Origin: a virus
Lineage: Duplodnaviria; Caudoviricetes
IMG/VR virus record: IMGVR_UViG_3300028388_003770
Coordinates: 1 to 59,735 of that record
Reading direction: 5' to 3' (one strand)
DNA: 59,735 nucleotides
A program made the position numbers and the translations under genes. The notes under the pieces were generated by a model. It saw only the letters and a list, made by a program, of their open reading frames with translations. It had not been told where the DNA came from and ran no database searches. How positions within the stretch are numbered: position 1 is the first letter of the stretch; each line of letters starts with the position of its first letter. This document shows positions 55,568 to 59,735 of this stretch, piece after piece.

Positions 55568-56059
55568 CTATTCAAGTAGGAAACGTTGCGTTTGCCACCA
55601 CTCCAACAGCCGCATCCGTTGTTCTTCTGACATATTCGGAAAGACCTGCTCCGTGCCCGGAGGCAGAGACGTATCAGTAAGCACGTCCGCCTCTAATCGT
55701 GCACGTCGGTAAGCGCCGATTTCCGGCACAGCCGCTGTGCTGATTTTCTCTAGCGCACGAACAAGCGCTTCGTTCGTTCGGTTTTCCAAACTATCCGAAG
55801 TCGCTGTTACTTCGCAGTTTGGACCAATCTTCAACTCTGCCTCGCCCACTTCCCTTTGCGAGTGCACAGTCAGCGTGCATTCCGCACGCGTTTCGGGGTC
55901 AACGTAGCGATATATGTAGGCTGCGCCCTGGTTCACCACGCCAGTCTTACCAAACCCGGTTAGCTCCGACGTGGCAGTACACCCACCAAGCAGCACCAAC
56001 AGCATCGCCAGGGTGCTCAGCGCGGCCAGGGCCGCGGCGGTCCGCAGGGTCTTGCGCAT
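55568..56059 (-). CDS. Lipoprotein (spanin-like candidate)
   Basis: Signal peptide and lipobox LGGC. Confidence 0.65.
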   Translation of the reverse strand: MRKTLRTAAALAALSTLAMLLVLLGGCTATSELTGFGKTGVVNQGAAYIYRYVDPETRAECTLTVHSQREVGEAELKIGPNCEVTATSDSLENRTNEALVRALEKISTAAVPEIGAYRRARLEADVLTDTSLPPGTEQVFPNMSEEQRMRLLEWWQTQRFLLE

Positions 56060-56119
56060 GGTGGTGCTCTCCTTGTGAGTGGTCGTGGTTGCACTGCGGC
56101 TGCGCCGCTCAGTGCGATA

Positions 56120-56212
56120 TTAGCTCCCCCACAGGATATAGGAAACCCCGTAGGAAGCACACGTGACGAGAGTCGTGGCCAGAAGCAGCTCTCGCAAGCT
56201 CGTTTGAATCAC
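56120..56212 (-). CDS. 30-aa hydrophobic peptide
   Basis: GTGA overlap, GGAGG RBS, TM-like. Confidence 0.4.
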   Translation of the reverse strand: MIQTSLRELLLATTLVTCASYGVSYILWGS

Positions 56213-56856
56213 CCCTCCAGCAGCTCCCTGACGTAGTGCCTCATGGCGTGGTCGCCACGGCGCTCGAGCCCGTCTTCGTACCCCAGCTGCACCACCGGCA
56301 GGGGCCGGTACCCGCCCATCCACCAGCGCGGGACCTCGGTGAACGGGTCGTCGCCGTGGCGGTAGTAGGTCGCGACGACGTTCGGGTGCGGCTTGGAGAT
56401 CATACAGCGCGGGGTGCCGAAGCCGACGAACCGTACCGGGAACCCGAACGCGCGCACCAGGTGGGCGAGCAGCAGCCCGACCCCGGCGCCCAGGCTGTGC
56501 CCGGTGATGGTGATCGGCGCGAAGAGCGGCTTCGCAGCCCGCGGCGGCTCATCCCCGACGCAGTCCCGCAGCAGCTCGGTCTCCCACAGCAGGTGGTCAA
56601 ACAAATCCCGAGCTCCCTTGAGCATGCCGGCGTGGGCCCAGCCGATGCGCCGGTCGTACCAGGGCAGGATCCGCAGGTCCCGGATCACGTCGAGGAACCC
56701 CAGCCCGCTCAGCAGCAGGCCGGTCTCGGTGCCGCGAATCGCCACCGTGCGGTCCTCGACCAGGTACTCGATCTCGCCCACTACCCCGGTGTGGTGGGCG
56801 TAGGCGCGCTCGCACATCTGTGCCAGGCGCAGCATCTCCAGGCTAGTGCTGACCAT
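56209..56856 (-). CDS. Class-3 lipase (alpha/beta hydrolase)
   Basis: VAIRGTE, HAG, TGHSLGA, FGTPR, D and terminal H..Y. Confidence 0.88.
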   Translation of the reverse strand: MVSTSLEMLRLAQMCERAYAHHTGVVGEIEYLVEDRTVAIRGTETGLLLSGLGFLDVIRDLRILPWYDRRIGWAHAGMLKGARDLFDHLLWETELLRDCVGDEPPRAAKPLFAPITITGHSLGAGVGLLLAHLVRAFGFPVRFVGFGTPRCMISKPHPNVVATYYRHGDDPFTEVPRWWMGGYRPLPVVQLGYEDGLERRGDHAMRHYVRELLEG

Positions 56857-57280
56857 AATGGTCGCCGTCCAGGTCGTAGAACCGGAACGGCCCGATCTGC
56901 GCCACCATCTTGGCCGGGTCGGCCCAGTACGGCGCCGGGATCGAGTCATCGTAGTAGCTGTCGGCCCCGGGCACCGGGTTCTCCAGCGCTCCGGTGTAGA
57001 CCTGGTGGGCGAGACGCAGGCAGCGCCGCCACGAGGCCATGTCGCTCTGGGGCCAGGTAGTGAGCTGGCGGTCGTTGGGGTCGGTCATCGAGGAGAACTG
57101 CCACTTCTTGCTCACCACGCTCATGACGTCGCGGCCCCACCAGTCGGTGTGATGGACCCGGTTCATCACCGCGTGGCAGACAGCGGCGATCGCCTCGTCC
57201 GACTCACCGCGGGCCTCGCGCCACGCCACCAGGGCGAGGAAGGTGACGTCCGCGCTTTCCTGCAGAGACTTGAGCATCAT
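56843..57280 (-). CDS. Endolysin, SleB/Hydrolase_2 cell wall hydrolase
   Basis: EARGES, AV..AVMNRV, QFS, GADSYY, IGPFRFY. Confidence 0.9.
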   Translation of the reverse strand: MMLKSLQESADVTFLALVAWREARGESDEAIAAVCHAVMNRVHHTDWWGRDVMSVVSKKWQFSSMTDPNDRQLTTWPQSDMASWRRCLRLAHQVYTGALENPVPGADSYYDDSIPAPYWADPAKMVAQIGPFRFYDLDGDHYGQH

Positions 57281-57346
57281 TTGTTCAGTACCCCCGTCTG
57301 TCAGAGTAGAGTGAAGCTGCCGCCAGCTCTTCGTCCAGTCGGCTGA

Positions 57347-58021
57347 TCACTGCTCTTCCTCATAGGTCGCCCAGTCCTCCCACACCTCCACTGTGTGGGT
57401 AGCGGCCACCTGTTCCTCCTCCATACATTCGTCCAGGACGCTCACCGATCCGTTGTCACAGAGGATCGGGTCGAACCGTCCCAGCCCGGATCGCACGCGC
57501 ACCATGGCATGATCCGCAGCCCGGATCGGCGGCGAGTAGGCCCACTTGCCGGGCGACTTCGGGATCATCTCGCCCGGGTAGTAGTCATAACCTCCACCAC
57601 CGTCGCGGATCCGCACCAGGTCCACCTCGAACACGTCGCCCGACACGCCCTGCGCCCGATAATGCTCGTTCCAGCGGTCCAGCCGCTCTCGCAAGTCAAT
57701 CGCGAACGGCGCGCAGGTAGTGCGCAGGTCGTAGGCGCTCGGCTCGCGCTTGGCCAGGCCGTACTCCACCATGCCTTTCGCCCGCTCCCACTCCAGGGCG
57801 CAAAGCTCCGGCGCGGCTTCCGCGTCACCGTAGCCGCCCGGACAGAAGCGCATCACTTCGCCACGTGCTACCGCGTCCGCCGAGAACCATGCAGCGGGCT
57901 CATTGAAGGCGGCATCGGCGCGGCAGAACAGGCCGCCGTTCTGGGCGTCCTCGATGTCCGGGCACAGGGTAGTTCCAGCGACCACCCAAGCGAGGCCAAC
58001 GGCCAGGATGCCTGGAATCAT
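57347..58021 (-). CDS. Putative exported protein
   Basis: N-terminal signal-like segment, several Cys. Confidence 0.65.
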   Translation of the reverse strand: MIPGILAVGLAWVVAGTTLCPDIEDAQNGGLFCRADAAFNEPAAWFSADAVARGEVMRFCPGGYGDAEAAPELCALEWERAKGMVEYGLAKREPSAYDLRTTCAPFAIDLRERLDRWNEHYRAQGVSGDVFEVDLVRIRDGGGGYDYYPGEMIPKSPGKWAYSPPIRAADHAMVRVRSGLGRFDPILCDNGSVSVLDECMEEEQVAATHTVEVWEDWATYEEEQ

Positions 58022-58323
58022 GGCTTATCGACCGCCATGACCCTATCGACAGAGATAGACCCTGACTCTTTCCCGCCTTGGAGGCGGTACGACACGATCA
58101 AATCGCCGGCTTTGAGCGCTTGGCGAAACTCCTCAAAACTCAGCGACGTAGACACAGGACCCTCGACAGTGAGTACGACGTTTTTGGTTTCCTTCATCCC
58201 TACTAAGCCCTTGGCGCGCCGAATAAATTCTTCGTTATTTGGAGGCACGCAATCCGCCGCCTCCTCTAACAGTACGAGCAACCCCTCGATTACCGCCTCA
58301 AGCTCTGCCGTGCTGGTCGCCAT
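58018..58323 (-). CDS. Hypothetical protein (lower GC)
   Basis: AAGGAG RBS. Confidence 0.7.
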   Translation of the reverse strand: MATSTAELEAVIEGLLVLLEEAADCVPPNNEEFIRRAKGLVGMKETKNVVLTVEGPVSTSLSFEEFRQALKAGDLIVSYRLQGGKESGSISVDRVMAVDKP

Positions 58324-58486
58324 AACCTATCTCCTTACGTTTACCAGTCATCATTTTCAGTGGCTTCGGGAGCCTGGCGCTCCCGCAAAAGCTCCTGAAG
58401 GCGTTTGCCGCGCTCGGCGTCGCGCAGGAACTCCTCGTGCGTCTCGTACGGGACGAGCGCGTTGTGGCGTTCTACCTGGTCGAGGG

Positions 58487-59080
58487 CTACGCCCAGGCCC
58501 AGTCGTCCAGGGCCTCGGGCTCCAGCGTCTGCGGGGGCTTCGCAGCCTGTGGCGCCAGCTCTCCCTCGATAGGCTCGGGGCCCGGGGGCACCGCGCCCTG
58601 GCTCATGATGCGCACCTGCTCTCCACCCGGGGCGATGATGGTCAGACTCAGCCCGCCACCGGCGCCGCGGTTCTGCTCCTCCCTCGGCTCCAGCTCGCCC
58701 AGCTTCGCCAGAGTCTTGAAGGCGTCGATGCGGTGGCCGGCGGTCACGTCGCGGTCCTGGATGATGGTCTCCATCTGCCCCACGTTGTCGTGCACGATGG
58801 TGCGGCAGCGGGCACGGAAGGCCCGGCCGTCGTCCTCCACAGCCTGCTTGGCAGCAAGCAGCCGGTGCTGGAACTCCGGGACGTCCTCCCACGGGCGCAC
58901 CCGGTCGGGATCCACCCCGTTCGCCCAGCAGGTGTCCTCGAAGGGGTTGGTGCCGATGGCGAGGTCGATGTACAGCCTCTCAGGAAAGGCTGGAATCGTC
59001 AGGCTGCGTCCAGCTCCTGTACCGGTTCTCGGCAAGCTGCTCATGAGGTGAATTCTGTCCGCCGGCCCGCAGCCCGTCAA
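58487..59080 (-). CDS. Putative terminase small subunit (alternative start 59044)
   Basis: Size, N-terminal HTH-like region, helical core, near start of late arm. Inference from position. Confidence 0.5.
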   Translation of the reverse strand: MTGCGPADRIHLMSSLPRTGTGAGRSLTIPAFPERLYIDLAIGTNPFEDTCWANGVDPDRVRPWEDVPEFQHRLLAAKQAVEDDGRAFRARCRTIVHDNVGQMETIIQDRDVTAGHRIDAFKTLAKLGELEPREEQNRGAGGGLSLTIIAPGGEQVRIMSQGAVPPGPEPIEGELAPQAAKPPQTLEPEALDDWAWA

Positions 59081-59358
59081 GCCTTGTGGAGCAGATAGTC
59101 CTTGGTGCGCTCGAGCAGCCAGGCGATTTTCGCCTTGCTCGCCTCCGAGGCGAACACCTGCAGCTCGCCCTGCTCGTCGAACCCGCAGACCACTACCTCC
59201 GCAAGCGGGTTACCCTCGTGGAACTCGACGACGCCCTCGATCACGCGGGTCGGCGGCAGCGGCAGCCGTGTATTGCAGTCGAGCAACACGACGTTGTCGG
59301 GCTTCGCAGCCGATGGCGGCTTCGCAGCCGGTGGCGGCTTCTCGGGCGGCGTGCTCAC
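59077..59358 (-). CDS. Hypothetical protein
   Basis: GGAGGAGG RBS, GTGA overlap. Confidence 0.75.
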   Translation of the reverse strand: MSTPPEKPPPAAKPPSAAKPDNVVLLDCNTRLPLPPTRVIEGVVEFHEGNPLAEVVVCGFDEQGELQVFASEASKAKIAWLLERTKDYLLHKA

Positions 59359-59633
59359 ACCACCTCCTCCCCCGCGGCCTTCTCTCCGGACTCGCTGCCT
59401 GTGTCCTTCTTCACCTGGTAGGGCATCCACTCACAGTAGGCGTCTCTGGGGCGCGGGTCCTCGGGTTGGCGCAGCGCCACGCTCATGCGGCCTTCGACGG
59501 CGCCGGTGGCGCGGCACACGGTGAGGTTGACGAGGCGGTCGCTGTGCACGGCAGCGATGATCGCGGCCTGGGGCTGGATGTGGCCCTGGTCGTAGAAGTG
59601 GACGATACGGCCAGCGGTCGGGGTGATGCTCAT
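59355..59633 (-). CDS. Hypothetical phage protein (PTxGRIV family)
   Basis: AGGAG RBS, PTAGRIVHF, AAII, VNLTV, WMPYQ. Confidence 0.85.
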   Translation of the reverse strand: MSITPTAGRIVHFYDQGHIQPQAAIIAAVHSDRLVNLTVCRATGAVEGRMSVALRQPEDPRPRDAYCEWMPYQVKKDTGSESGEKAAGEEVV

Positions 59634-59735
59634 GGACGTTCTCCTGTATGAGGCTTGTGAGCTTCCAGAGTAGCCAGCCACCGCTTGCGGCGCCACCTGC
59701 GGCGCTGAACCACGGAGGGTTGGCGGGACGGGCGC

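Larger units (their letters stand above)
1..59735. mobile_element. Tailed dsDNA bacteriophage genome (podovirus-like), apparently complete/circular
   Basis: terL, portal, scaffold, capsid, tail fibre, endolysin and PolA replication module. Two-arm strand organisation. An ORF is continuous across the window ends. Confidence 0.93.

Noticed and set aside
59730-59735. GGGCGC at both window ends as a terminal repeat
   Set aside because: Only 6 bp in a GC-rich genome. Uninformative by itself.

Overview
This window looks like a complete, probably circular or circularly permuted, GC-rich ~59.7 kb tailed dsDNA phage genome of podovirus type. An ORF reads through the two window ends. The left arm (+ strand, ~0.9-28.3 kb) holds many small early genes, a DUF3150-like/MoxR-AAA/vWA-metallopeptidase cluster and a replication module (family A DNA polymerase, Cas4-like nuclease, VRR-NUC, SNF2 helicase, SSB, primase-helicase, DEDD exonuclease, ATP-dependent ligase). 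The right arm (- strand) holds putative terS, a lysis block (SleB-type endolysin, class-3 lipase, lipoprotein), a modular tail fibre, terL, portal, scaffold, capsid, tail proteins and a giant frameshift-split polyvalent protein. I saw no integrase, reverse transcriptase, tRNA or CRISPR array. Two features stand out. (1) Integron attC-like hairpin sites at ~13.9-14.8 kb whose arms supply the RBS/start and an in-frame peptide linker, so recombination would shuffle protein halves. (2) A ~450-nt extensively base-paired, pseudoknotted non-coding element at 316-764 that I cannot assign to a known RNA family. Family assignments come from motif recognition by eye, not database searches.
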